Positions 17,326-27,060 of a stretch of 64,000 nucleotides of DNA are shown here, piece by piece. Source of the DNA: Candidatus Calditenuaceae archaeon (GTDB taxonomy: Archaea > Thermoproteota > Nitrososphaeria_A > Caldarchaeales > Calditenuaceae); assembly GCA_025059595.1 (NCBI GenBank), contig JANXDI010000015.1:167469-231468 (forward strand), in the 5' to 3' direction. How positions within the stretch are numbered: position 1 is the first letter of the stretch; each line of letters opens with the position of its first letter. The notes under the pieces are model-generated. The model did no database searches. It saw only the letters and a program-made list of their open reading frames with translations, and was not told the DNA's origin. The position numbers and the translations under genes are program-made.

Positions 17326-18366
17326 TTAGGGCGAGTGAATACCCGCCACTTTAGGGCAGAGCCTCGCCTCAATAACGGAGTCGAGGCCGCACAGGAAGCG
17401 CGTAAGCCTCTCAACGCCGATTCCGAAGCCTGCGCTCGGTGGAATCCCTTCCCTCAGCATCTCAAGATACCAAGCATACTTCCTCGGGTCTTCGCCGTTC
17501 TCCCTCATCCTAGCCAAGACCCTCTCATACCTAAACTCCCTTTCAGCACCTGAGGCGGCCTCACCGAACCCCTCTGGATAGATGAGGTCGAAGTCCCTCA
17601 GTATTCCCGGCCTATTATCATCCTCCCTGTCATAAAAGCCGCGCGCCCCACGCGGATAGTCGATAATGAAGAACGGCTCACCAACAAGCTTCGAGAGGAG
17701 ATGCTCTCCATACCATGGAATCTCAACACCATACCTAACCTTGAGCCCAACCCTCCGCAGATACTCGAGGGCCTCATCATACGTGAGTTTCTTGAAAGGC
17801 GGAGAGATGGCTGGGATTCTTCTGCCCAGCTCCTCCAGCTCCTTAGCGCAACTATCCCTAACCACGTTAACAGCCTCGCAGAGGAGTTTCTCAGCCACAG
17901 ACATCGCATCGAAATAATTAGCCTCGGCGATCTCTAGGTCGAGTTGGACAAACTCCGTCAGGTGCCTCCCTGTGAGGGTTGAGTCGAGGGGCTCAAGCCT
18001 GATGTTAGGTGACATGAAGAAGATTTTCCCGAGACCACTCATAGCTGCCTGCTTATACAGAATCGCGCTGCTCATGACTTTGTATTCTCTGCCGTAATAG
18101 TCAAATGTGACCTGCTTTGCGCCTCTTATTCCAGGGTCTGTCACGGGGCCTATGATCGGTGGGAGGAGCTCGATGAAATCTTCGGACTTCAAGTAGTCTC
18201 TCATCGCGTCGCAAGCTACGTTCTGTACCTTGAGGACCGTCTTCATGCGCGGAGTTCGGACCATCTTCCAGCTCTGCTGTAGTAGCTGCGAAAGCCTTTG
18301 AAGCTCTGTGCTGACCTCTGTCTCCATAAAGTGTCTATAAGAGTGTCTAGTCTCATTAATAAGCAT
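17326..18366 (-). CDS. Class IIb aminoacyl-tRNA synthetase catalytic-core paralogue (archaeal AsnA-like asparagine synthetase candidate)
   Basis: Motif 2 GRHLTEFVQLDLE and motif 3 SAGFGIGVERL. At 346 aa it has no N-terminal OB anticodon-binding domain, and the upstream DNA is closed by stop codons. Confidence 0.75.
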   Translation of the reverse strand: MLINETRHSYRHFMETEVSTELQRLSQLLQQSWKMVRTPRMKTVLKVQNVACDAMRDYLKSEDFIELLPPIIGPVTDPGIRGAKQVTFDYYGREYKVMSSAILYKQAAMSGLGKIFFMSPNIRLEPLDSTLTGRHLTEFVQLDLEIAEANYFDAMSVAEKLLCEAVNVVRDSCAKELEELGRRIPAISPPFKKLTYDEALEYLRRVGLKVRYGVEIPWYGEHLLSKLVGEPFFIIDYPRGARGFYDREDDNRPGILRDFDLIYPEGFGEAASGAEREFRYERVLARMRENGEDPRKYAWYLEMLREGIPPSAGFGIGVERLTRFLCGLDSVIEARLCPKVAGIHSP

Positions 18367-18502
18367 TTTTACGACGATTGAGTCTGAAGTCCGTTATATA
18401 ACCCATGGAAACTCTGCTCTAACGTATATTCGACAATCAACTTTTAACCTAATAGTCTGTCTGACAGATAGTAGGGGTTAGCTGAATGACGGTGCTCAGT
18501 CT

Positions 18503-19534
18503 CTAAGGCCTAGCCTCATAGATACACACAATCCTGGTGAGGCCCGAGTGTATTCTAATCGGGTGTTGTTCGAGGAGTTGAAGGCCAGCTTCTTCGAGGA
18601 GGGCTGGGTCTATGCGTTGCTGGGGGATTGCCGCGACAACTCTGCTCCCGGGTTCAAGCAGCTGTGTTATAGATGAGAAGGCGTTGAGGTAGAGCCTCCG
18701 AATATTCCTGTCACTCAGCTGCGTCGAGCGGCCGTATGGCGGGTCTGTCGCAACTCCCTGAAAAGTGCCCCTGAGAGGCGGGTTTGCGGCGTCTCCGCAA
18801 ATCAGCTCCACACGGTCCGCATGGCCGCTCCACTTCAGATTTAGGAGACATCCACGCGCTATCCACCTCTTTAACTCGACAGCAATCACCCTGTATCCCA
18901 TGTCGGCCGCCTCCATAGGTATCGACCCTGTACCGGCGAACGGGTCAACTATCCATCCTCCGGGCTTCACTCTAGTGAGGTTCACCATACATCTCGCCAG
19001 CCTCGGCATGAGGGCGGAGGGGTGTCTGAAAGGCCTCATCTTCGGTCGCCTCGCCTCAAGCCTGTCGTATCTCTGCCTCGAGAGGAGTGGGCCAGCGGCA
19101 AATCCTTTTCCGGTTATGTATGCCTGGACTACAACTTCTGGTGATGAGAGGTTGACTTCGAGGTGAGGGAAACGGGACTCGACCACTCCTCCAAGCCATC
19201 TCTCGACCTCAGCTCTATTATAGCCTACATCGCCGAGCCTCACTGCTCTAACTGCGAAGCTCCGCGCAGCATTCAGAATCTCCGAATCAAATACAACGAC
19301 ATCACCATAAGCCTCTGTCACTGGAGCATATATGACCGGCTCAATTATCTCCTTGACATATGCCCCACGTTCGACTATCGTGCCGGCATCATCCGCCTTG
19401 GACTCTATAAGGACCAGCCTGTCCGTGAAGACCTCAACTGAGTCGCGGCTGTATAGTATGTGTAGGATTGACTTAAGCTCGCTGAGCGCGAGCGCGGGCG
19501 CATCACCGGAGAGCAGAGCGAGGAGACGCTTCAA
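18503..19534 (-). CDS. THUMP-domain tRNA (guanine-N2) methyltransferase (Trm11/Trm-G10-like)
   Basis: SAM motif VDPFAGTGSIPMEAA and catalytic DPPYG. The N-terminal ~150 aa resemble a THUMP domain. Confidence 0.85.
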   Translation of the reverse strand: MKRLLALLSGDAPALALSELKSILHILYSRDSVEVFTDRLVLIESKADDAGTIVERGAYVKEIIEPVIYAPVTEAYGDVVVFDSEILNAARSFAVRAVRLGDVGYNRAEVERWLGGVVESRFPHLEVNLSSPEVVVQAYITGKGFAAGPLLSRQRYDRLEARRPKMRPFRHPSALMPRLARCMVNLTRVKPGGWIVDPFAGTGSIPMEAADMGYRVIAVELKRWIARGCLLNLKWSGHADRVELICGDAANPPLRGTFQGVATDPPYGRSTQLSDRNIRRLYLNAFSSITQLLEPGSRVVAAIPQQRIDPALLEEAGLQLLEQHPIRIHSGLTRIVCIYEARP

Positions 19535-20424
19535 GTGAACATTCTCGCCAGATATGCGGCCAGCTCGCCTGAAACATCAACCTCGGCATACTTGTTCGGG
19601 ACGGTGTTCGTTGCGAGTATTGCGTCGGCTCCAGCCTCCAAGATTTTTTTATCAGAGCCTTCGATGAAGAGCCCGTGGATGCAGCAGGCATAGATTTTTG
19701 AAGCGTTCGCTGATTTGAGCATTCTGATGAGTCTGCTCATCGTCCCTCCTGTGCTGACCACGTCGTCTATGACCATCACTCTCTTGTTGCTGAAGATATG
19801 GCCGGCCTCCACTTCGACTCGGACCTCCCCCGTCGCTGGGTCCCTCCAAGACTCGGCCCTAACAGGCTCGGCTCCCAGCTCCTCAGCCGCCTCAGTGGCA
19901 AGCTCCATCCCCTTCTTACCAGGCGAGACCACACAGGAGACCTGCCACCCATGTCTCCTAACCTCGAGTGACAGTGACCTCGCGACGCTGATTGAGTGAG
20001 CCCTAATTTGATGCTCCTTCAGAGCCCAGGGAGCGTGTGGATTTACTGTGATTATCTCGTCGACGCCAGCTGACTTCATTAGTTGGAGGACGACCCTGAG
20101 GCTCACGGTCTCGCCCTCTAGGAAGGCCCTATCCTGCCTCGCGTATGCGAGGTAGGGGACGACAGCTACTATCCGATTCGCACCCAACTCCCTTAGGCCC
20201 TTTGACATGAGGAGGAGCTGGAGGAGGTGTTTATCCTGTGGTGGATGTGTCCCTTGGACTAGGATGACAGAGGGGCGTGGCTTTTCGAGGAATCTGAAGT
20301 AGGATTCGCCGTCTGGGAAGAGCTTGTGCATGGCCCCCATCGGCTCAAGGCCTAGCGACTCCGCGATTCTCTCCCCCAGCTCCCGCGAAGCAGGCCCGGC
20401 GACGAGAGAAACGCCTTCCAACAT
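19531..20424 (-). CDS. prs: Ribose-phosphate pyrophosphokinase
   Basis: VVPYLAYARQDR and PRPP-binding loop VMVIDDVVSTGGT. It overlaps the methyltransferase gene by 4 nt. Confidence 0.9.
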   Translation of the reverse strand: MLEGVSLVAGPASRELGERIAESLGLEPMGAMHKLFPDGESYFRFLEKPRPSVILVQGTHPPQDKHLLQLLLMSKGLRELGANRIVAVVPYLAYARQDRAFLEGETVSLRVVLQLMKSAGVDEIITVNPHAPWALKEHQIRAHSISVARSLSLEVRRHGWQVSCVVSPGKKGMELATEAAEELGAEPVRAESWRDPATGEVRVEVEAGHIFSNKRVMVIDDVVSTGGTMSRLIRMLKSANASKIYACCIHGLFIEGSDKKILEAGADAILATNTVPNKYAEVDVSGELAAYLARMFT

Positions 20425-20506
20425 TCCGTCAGGGAAAATATCCGCTCGGGATTTATATCCACTCTCCGGTTAAGAGTATTATATCACCCCCTGAGCTATC
20501 CAGCTT

Positions 20507-21019
20507 GTGGGAAATTTGGGAGACATCTCAAGAAGGATAAGGGCTCTTTTCACCGATTCGCCCTTCAATTTCAGCTGGGTTGATGAGGGCCTCGCGGTCT
20601 CCGGCCGCCCCGTGACGAGAGACCAGATACAGTGGCTCCATAAGAATGGAATACGTTCAATACTCTCCCTCACAGAGGATAGGATTCCACCACTATTTCT
20701 CGAGGGCTTCGACATAGTCTACGAGCACCTTCCTATAATAGACCATGAGCCGCCGCCTCTTGAAACTATGTTGAAGTCCGTCAGATTCATCGACGAGATG
20801 AGGAGGCAGGGGCGCCCGGTGCTGGTCCACTGTGCCGCTGGTCAGGGGAGGTCAGGCACCATAGTTGCGGCATATATGATGTATAGTAAGGGGATGAGCG
20901 GTGAAGAAGCGCTTAGATGGATTAGGGCCATCAGGCCCGGGTCCGTAGACCCTGTCCAGGAGGAGTCGCTCAGGGCTTTTGAGGCTTATCTGAGGGCTGA
21001 GAAGAGACACCAAAAGTAG
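20507..21019 (+). CDS. Dual-specificity protein phosphatase
   Basis: Active-site HCxxGxxRS/T motif: VLVHCAAGQGRSGT. Confidence 0.85.
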   Translation: MGNLGDISRRIRALFTDSPFNFSWVDEGLAVSGRPVTRDQIQWLHKNGIRSILSLTEDRIPPLFLEGFDIVYEHLPIIDHEPPPLETMLKSVRFIDEMRRQGRPVLVHCAAGQGRSGTIVAAYMMYSKGMSGEEALRWIRAIRPGSVDPVQEESLRAFEAYLRAEKRHQK

Positions 21020-21115
21020 TGGATACCCCCGAAGCATAGACGCGACGCTGAATGCACTCTTCTATAGCGATAAAGGGTTTAAATCACTCCCTGAGTGTAG
21101 ATAATCGGCAGAAGC

Positions 21116-21400
21116 ATGCCTGTAAAGAGGAAGAATAGGGGCAGGGCGAAAGGGCAGAAGGGCTCCGAGCCTATGATTCAGTGCGACAACTGCGGGGCCC
21201 TCGTCCCTAGAAGCAAGATACAGCGAGTAACGAGGCGTGTATCGCTTATTAGGGGAGACCTCTTCAGGGAGCTCAAGAAGGCAGGGGCATACATATCCCA
21301 GAACATAGTTACAGAGAATCTCTGCATATCTTGCGCAATACATTACGGTGTCCTTAAGGTGAGGCCGAGAGAAGAAAGAAAGGTGCGAGAGATAATTTAA
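21116..21400 (+). CDS. rps26e: 30S ribosomal protein S26e
   Basis: N-terminal MPVKRKNRGRAKG and the zinc-ribbon cysteines CDNCG ... CISCA. Confidence 0.9.
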   Translation: MPVKRKNRGRAKGQKGSEPMIQCDNCGALVPRSKIQRVTRRVSLIRGDLFRELKKAGAYISQNIVTENLCISCAIHYGVLKVRPREERKVREII

Positions 21401-21467
21401 TCATCTTCGACGTTTTATTGAATTAAATTTAATACCTACCAAAATTTTTACCAATTAGGGGGCTATC

Positions 21468-22427
21468 ATGATAGCTCAACCAAGAGTCTCCTTATTCGGG
21501 TTGCGGGTCAGCATGTTCGCCATTTGGCTCGCGGTCGTCGGGACAGCCTCACTGCTTTTAACGGCGCTCATACTATATCTGGGGCTACCGACATTCTACA
21601 TCTACGGCGTAATAGGATTCGTAGTGTTGCTGAACATTATACAGTGGCTCTTCGGTCCATACCTCATCAACGCCGTCTACAGGGTTACAGAGGCAGACCA
21701 GTCCGCATATCCATGGCTTTACCAGATGGTTGATGATGTGGCGAGGCGGAGCGGTATGCGTGAGAGGCCTAAGGTGATGATTGCAAACATAGATCTTCCC
21801 AACGCATTCGCTTACGGCAGTCCCTTAACTGGGCCGATGGTCGCCGTAACAAGCGGCCTTTTAGGCCGTCTTCCGCGAGAGGAGTTGGAGGCGGTAATAG
21901 CTCACGAGGTTGGACACCTCAAGCACAGGGACGTGGTGGTGATGCTGATGATTAGCCTGATACCCGCGATAATTTACTACATCGGCTATACACTCTATGT
22001 CTCCGGATTATTCGGGGGTTCTAGGAGGAATGGGGGAGGCGCGGCACCAGTCTTGATAGGAATTGGCCTGATAGTCTTGAGCTTCATATTCAACCTATTC
22101 GTCTTCCTCATGAGCCGGCTACGCGAATACTACGCAGACAGCCATGCCGCGACTGTTGTCAGCGACGGCGCGAGAAGGCTTCAGAGGGCCCTTGTGAGGA
22201 TTATGGCTCTCTCAGGAAGGGTTAGACCAGAGTCGCGGGTGAGGGGTGAGCAGCTGAAGATGTTTTTCATCTCCGACCCTGAGCATGTCGTTGAGCCTTA
22301 CGTCGATGTTGAGAGGGTTGTGGAGGAGTTGAGGAGGTCTAAGCCCGGGCCGCTGAGCGACCTATTCAGCACACATCCACATCCCGCGAAGCGCATCAAA
22401 CACCTGGACAGGTTCATATACGCTTAG
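21468..22427 (+). CDS. htpX: M48-family zinc protease HtpX
   Basis: HExxH motif AHEVGHLKHRD flanked by TM segments, and a C-terminal STHPHPAKR. Confidence 0.9.
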   Translation: MIAQPRVSLFGLRVSMFAIWLAVVGTASLLLTALILYLGLPTFYIYGVIGFVVLLNIIQWLFGPYLINAVYRVTEADQSAYPWLYQMVDDVARRSGMRERPKVMIANIDLPNAFAYGSPLTGPMVAVTSGLLGRLPREELEAVIAHEVGHLKHRDVVVMLMISLIPAIIYYIGYTLYVSGLFGGSRRNGGGAAPVLIGIGLIVLSFIFNLFVFLMSRLREYYADSHAATVVSDGARRLQRALVRIMALSGRVRPESRVRGEQLKMFFISDPEHVVEPYVDVERVVEELRRSKPGPLSDLFSTHPHPAKRIKHLDRFIYA

Positions 22428-22450
22428 ACTCTCTCTGGAACAGTATCATT

Positions 22451-22885
22451 TTATTTTACAAACCACTTATATTTACCCTTCGGCCCGACCCTCATTATTC
22501 TCTTCGAGTCGAAGAGTATTCCGAGCGCTTGGCTTACTTTTCGGCTCTGAAGCTTCATGCCCGTGAGCTCGTATATCCTCTGCCTCACCTCGGATGTTGA
22601 GCGAGGGGTTGCGAAGAACTCGCTTCTAAGAAGTTGCCTCTCAATTATGTCGAGTGCCAATATAGCCTCTGAACGCCCTCTTCTCCTCTTAACCCATATA
22701 GATGGGACGACTCCCTGCGCTGCTGAGGGAGTCGTTGACCCGATAGTCCTCTCCAGCGCGGCTGAAAGCTCCATCAACTTCCCCACCTTTGAAGCTATCT
22801 CATCGACCGTCTCGGCCTCGAGACTGACGTAGCCCCAAGGCTTGTTAAGCTGAACCCTGAACCGCGCCATCTTACAGGGCTTCAC
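22451..22885 (-). CDS. Hypothetical protein with a probable C-terminal winged-helix domain
   Basis: 144-aa ORF. The C-terminal segment TSEVRQRIYELTGMKLQSRKVSQALGILFDSKRIMRV looks like a wHTH. No specific family recognised. Confidence 0.5.
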   Translation of the reverse strand: MKPCKMARFRVQLNKPWGYVSLEAETVDEIASKVGKLMELSAALERTIGSTTPSAAQGVVPSIWVKRRRGRSEAILALDIIERQLLRSEFFATPRSTSEVRQRIYELTGMKLQSRKVSQALGILFDSKRIMRVGPKGKYKWFVK

Positions 22886-22943
22886 ACACCGGGAAGTTTA
22901 TAAGGCCTTTTCCCGAGAGGAGAATCACCGAAGTTGGAGCTGG

Positions 22944-24242
22944 TTGAGGGATTGCGGGCACGTGTTGAGAGCCTCTATTGTTTTAAGGTTTTTTATCATC
23001 CCCCGCTTAGTGGATGCGGTGGGCTTTTTGAGGAAGCCGAGAATCTACGCTTCTTCGGTCGAGGACATAGGTGCGGGGAGAGTCACGGACATTTACTTCG
23101 TTAGGACCAGGGATGTTCTCTCCTCAAAGGGGTTCCTAGATAGGCGCGTTACCGCGGATGTTCATACTTACAGTCTTCCCAGCGGTTATCGATGGGCTGT
23201 GTTTGCGGGCTTGGAGGAGGCTGTCGCTCTTCTCGAGGGGAAGCGAGTCGATGTCTATTCGATGAGGGAGGGGGAGGTTTTCAGGTCCCTCGAGCCGGTG
23301 TTGGAGGTCTCCGGCCCCTACGGCGAGTTCGGAGTTTATGAATCCTCCATTCTCGGCCTCCTCCGACACAGCTCAAGCGTAGCCACCAAGGCCGCCAGAA
23401 TCAGGTTGAAGGCGTGGGAAAAAACGTTAATCTTCTTCGGCATCAGGTGCGTCCATCCAGCAGTAGCGCCAGCCGTTGATAGGGCAGCATACATAGGGGG
23501 GTGTGACGCGGTCTCCGGCGTCCTCGGCGCCGAGATGATTGGTGAGAGGCCTTTGGGGACCATGCCCCACGCCTTAATCATAGTTTCGGGGGGCCAGGCT
23601 GAGGCTTGGAGGGCCTTCGACGCTGCGGTTCCCGAAGATGTCCCCAGAATAGCGCTCTGCGACACTTTTCAAGACGAGAGGGAGGAGGCTCTCCTCGCAG
23701 CTAGGACGCTCGGGGAAAGGCTCTACGGTGTGAGATTGGACACCCCCTCTTCGCGGAGGGGGAATATGAGGATGATAGTCGAGGAGGTCAGGTGGACACT
23801 GGCCGTAAACGGATATGGAGACGTAAAGCTCTACGTGAGCGGCGGGATAGACGAGGACGAGGCTGAAGAGCTCCTCGATCTTGTTGACGGCTTCGGGGTG
23901 GGAACCTCAATAGCGTTTCCACCCTCGATTGACCTAGCGCTGGACATCGTCGAGGTTGAGGGTAAACCGGTCTCTAAGAGAGGAAAACTACCCGCGTCCA
24001 AGCAGGTTTACAGGTGTGAAGCGTTTCACGACACTGTAGTGCCGAGGTGGAGGAGGCTTGAGCGGTGCCCCAAGTGTGGGGGGGAGGTGGAGGAGCTATT
24101 GAGGCCCCTCATAGTGGACGGTGAGATAGTTGGTGAGCTCCCTAAGCCGAGGGAGATACGGAGCTATCTTCTCTCGAGGCTGGAAAAAATCAGGGAGCTC
24201 GGTGAGTTGGACCCGAGGCCTCTACTACTCCCCCACGGCTAG
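22944..24242 (+). CDS. Nicotinate phosphoribosyltransferase (archaeal type with C-terminal zinc knuckle)
   Basis: TDIYFVRTRDVL, GTMPHALI, VRLDTPSSRRG, VSGGIDE, and a C-terminal Cys pattern CEAFH ... CPKCGG. The true start may be GTG 23019. Confidence 0.8.
   Translation: MRDCGHVLRASIVLRFFIIPRLVDAVGFLRKPRIYASSVEDIGAGRVTDIYFVRTRDVLSSKGFLDRRVTADVHTYSLPSGYRWAVFAGLEEAVALLEGKRVDVYSMREGEVFRSLEPVLEVSGPYGEFGVYESSILGLLRHSSSVATKAARIRLKAWEKTLIFFGIRCVHPAVAPAVDRAAYIGGCDAVSGVLGAEMIGERPLGTMPHALIIVSGGQAEAWRAFDAAVPEDVPRIALCDTFQDEREEALLAARTLGERLYGVRLDTPSSRRGNMRMIVEEVRWTLAVNGYGDVKLYVSGGIDEDEAEELLDLVDGFGVGTSIAFPPSIDLALDIVEVEGKPVSKRGKLPASKQVYRCEAFHDTVVPRWRRLERCPKCGGEVEELLRPLIVDGEIVGELPKPREIRSYLLSRLEKIRELGELDPRPLLLPHG
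22989..22997 (+). promoter_or_regulatory. TATA-like box inside the longest NAPRTase ORF
   Basis: TTTTTTATC is centred about 25 nt upstream of the in-frame GTG at 23019. This suggests a leaderless start there rather than at 22944. Confidence 0.3.
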
Positions 24243-24243
24243 C

Positions 24244-25665
24244 CTACTTCTTCAGGGTGAGTATTCCACCCTCGGCCATCCTCCTAACGTCAAACACCTT
24301 ATCCACCTCCTCCCTACTCATCAGCCCCATCTCCACGACGATGTCTTTTATCGACCGCCTCTCACTCAACGCTCTCCTGGCAACTTCAGCGGCCTTATCA
24401 TATCCAATAACCGGCGCCAAGACCGTTATCGTGGAGGGGCTACTCTCAGCGTAGAGCCTACACCTCTCAACGTTCACAGTGATTGCGTGAACTACCTTGT
24501 CGGCTAAGTGGGTTGCAGTCCTAGCTAAGAGTTCTATTGAGTTGATTAAGCAGTAAGCGATTAGAGGGTTGCCCATGTTCAGCTCGAGCTCCCCGATTCT
24601 GGATGCCTCGAAGATGGCTGCGTCGTAGCCAATCACCATTGAGGCCGCCAGCATAGAGGCCTCCACAATCACGGGATTCACCTTCCCCGGCATTATCGAA
24701 GAGCCGGGCTGGACGGCCGGTATCTCTATCTCGCCGAAACCGGTCACGGGCCCAGAGGACAGGAGCCTCAAGTCATTACAAATTTTCAGGATGCTGCCCG
24801 CCACGCATCTCAGGGCCCCACTAACCTCTACGCAGGCATCCTGGCTTCCCATGGCCTCAAACCTGTTCCTCGCAGTCACAAAGGGGATGCCTAAACTTTC
24901 GGACAAGAACTTAACTATTCTAGGAGCCAGCTCCGGATGCGCGTTTAAACCTGTCCCGACTGCCGTTCCGCCTATGGGAAGTTCAAAGAGGCCCTCCGAT
25001 GACCTCCTCACCCGGTAGACCGACTTCCTCATCATCTCAGCGTATCCGCTGAACTCTTGGCCCAGCGTCATAGGCACGGCATCCTGAAGATGTGTCCTAC
25101 CGCTCTTCACAACATCTCTAAACTCTTGAGCCTTCAGCTCGAGCGTGCTAGCCAGCAGGTCAAGCCTCTTTAAGAGTGTGTCGTGAATCAGGGATGCGGC
25201 CGCAACGCGAATCGCGGTGGGAATCACATCGTTGGTCGACTGCCCCATGTTTACATGGTCGTTGGGGTGGACGAGCATCTTGTCCCCTCTCTTCCCCCCG
25301 AGCAACTCAGTGGCCCTGTTTGCGATGACCTCGTTCGCATTCATGTTTGTAGATGTGCCAGACCCGGTCTGGAAAACATCTACGACGAACTGGTCGTCGT
25401 AGAGACCTTCCGCGACCTCGAGTGCTGCCTTATAAATTGCCTCCCCGATATGCTTGGGGAGAAGACCGAGCTCCGTGTTAGCCTTGGCGGCGCCTGCCTT
25501 AATCAGGCCTAGGGCCTTGATGAACTGGCGCGGCATGGTGAGCTGCGAGAAGTTGAAGTTCTCGACGGCCCTCGCAGTCTGAGCCCCGTAGTATGCCGTC
25601 GCGGGGACACGCATCTCACCCATCGTGTCCTTCTCAATCCTGTATTCAGGGTTAGAGTGAGCCAC
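24244..25665 (-). CDS. Aspartate ammonia-lyase / class II fumarate hydratase family enzyme (sequence leans towards aspartase)
   Basis: Family signature GSSIMPGKVNP. The N-terminal YYGAQTARAVENFNFS and the PVIVEA after the signature resemble aspartases more than FumC. This is unresolved without an alignment. Confidence 0.9.
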   Translation of the reverse strand: MAHSNPEYRIEKDTMGEMRVPATAYYGAQTARAVENFNFSQLTMPRQFIKALGLIKAGAAKANTELGLLPKHIGEAIYKAALEVAEGLYDDQFVVDVFQTGSGTSTNMNANEVIANRATELLGGKRGDKMLVHPNDHVNMGQSTNDVIPTAIRVAAASLIHDTLLKRLDLLASTLELKAQEFRDVVKSGRTHLQDAVPMTLGQEFSGYAEMMRKSVYRVRRSSEGLFELPIGGTAVGTGLNAHPELAPRIVKFLSESLGIPFVTARNRFEAMGSQDACVEVSGALRCVAGSILKICNDLRLLSSGPVTGFGEIEIPAVQPGSSIMPGKVNPVIVEASMLAASMVIGYDAAIFEASRIGELELNMGNPLIAYCLINSIELLARTATHLADKVVHAITVNVERCRLYAESSPSTITVLAPVIGYDKAAEVARRALSERRSIKDIVVEMGLMSREEVDKVFDVRRMAEGGILTLKK

Positions 25666-25758
25666 GAGCGACTAGAGTCTCTCCACCCTTATAAAGAGTA
25701 GCCCAAGCTCTACATAAAACCCCTAGGACACTAACAACTTCAGTTAGATGTCTTAAGG

Positions 25759-27060
25759 CTATTTGGTTTCAGCCAAACACCGGGTAATCCAGAGCGGAAT
25801 CCTTACAGAGACTCTTTCGCCGAGGCTGATGAAGGACTTGCCTGGCGGCACCTCTATGAAGCCGTGTGACTTCGAGATTGACGAGATGTTTGATGCGTCA
25901 GCGACGTTCGGGTAGGCCTCATATTTCCCGTCTCCCCTAATCCTAAGCGTGACCCAGACAACTCTCTTAAAGTTCAACCACCGCTGAAGCTCCACCGACT
26001 CATTCATAGAGGCTTCAACGTTTAAGACTAGCTGGTTGAGACTCATTTCGAGAATGTGTGCCAGTATCGGTGCCGCGAGGTAGTTGAAGACGTTTACTGT
26101 GGAGTGTATGAGGCCTGGAAGCATTATTACCGGCTTGCCATCCACCACCGCGACCCCACCAACCCTCCCCGGTTGAAGCTTTAGCCCCTGTATGAAGAGC
26201 TCAGAACGCCTCCTCAGCTCCGTCCCAACTAAGTCAATATCACCCACACTGGAGCCTCCTATCGTGAGAATGCAGTGAGAATCCTCCACGCTCTCGCTTA
26301 TAGCGTCTGACACGGCCTCAGGCTTATCAGGCACTATCAACATCCTCACTACATCGCAGCATAGGGCGCGAACCATCTCGGACACGGTCAACGCATGTGT
26401 ATTTAGAATCTTACCCCTCTCCGCCTCCGCTGGGTCGTCTGTAAGCTCGTCTCCAAAAGACAGTATGGAGACACGCGGAGCCTCGCTGACAGTCACCTCA
26501 TATACGCCGAGCGTCTCGAGGAGCGAGGCCTTCGTAACGGCTAAGACCTCTCCCTTCTTAGCGATTACCTGCCCGCGCATCACATCGCTCCCGGATGGAA
26601 CCACATTCTCAAGGGTGGCGTAAGGCCTTGTAACATACACCACCTCACCCCCCGCGACCACGTCCTCCTGAGGAATGACGGTATCCGCCCCCTCGGGGAG
26701 ATAGCCGCCCGTGAAAATTCTAAACGCCTGCCCCGCTTCTATCCTTCCACCCGACTCTCCAGGCCTAACAGTCCCCGCAACCGATAGGCCGACGGGAGAA
26801 TCCTCCGAGGCCCTCTCAGTGTCACAGCTTCGAGCCGCGAAGCCATCGACGTGGGACATGTGGAAGGGCGGAAGATTTCGAGGCGCGGGGATATCCTCCG
26901 CGAGGATGCGCCCGACCGCTACCCTCGTCCTAACTTTGAGTAAGCTGGGTTTGGCTCTGATTTTTGGTACGACTTGGGAGAGGACCTCCTCAACATCGTG
27001 AAACTGTGAGATTCTCCTATATCGCCGCTCTCTCAGGCTTATGTCTGACAAGGCTTTCAC
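25759..27060 (-). CDS. moeA: Molybdopterin molybdenumtransferase MoeA
   Basis: PPFHMSHVDGFA and LTIGGSSVGDIDL. 433 aa with the MoeA domain order. Confidence 0.85.
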   Translation of the reverse strand: MKALSDISLRERRYRRISQFHDVEEVLSQVVPKIRAKPSLLKVRTRVAVGRILAEDIPAPRNLPPFHMSHVDGFAARSCDTERASEDSPVGLSVAGTVRPGESGGRIEAGQAFRIFTGGYLPEGADTVIPQEDVVAGGEVVYVTRPYATLENVVPSGSDVMRGQVIAKKGEVLAVTKASLLETLGVYEVTVSEAPRVSILSFGDELTDDPAEAERGKILNTHALTVSEMVRALCCDVVRMLIVPDKPEAVSDAISESVEDSHCILTIGGSSVGDIDLVGTELRRRSELFIQGLKLQPGRVGGVAVVDGKPVIMLPGLIHSTVNVFNYLAAPILAHILEMSLNQLVLNVEASMNESVELQRWLNFKRVVWVTLRIRGDGKYEAYPNVADASNISSISKSHGFIEVPPGKSFISLGERVSVRIPLWITRCLAETK

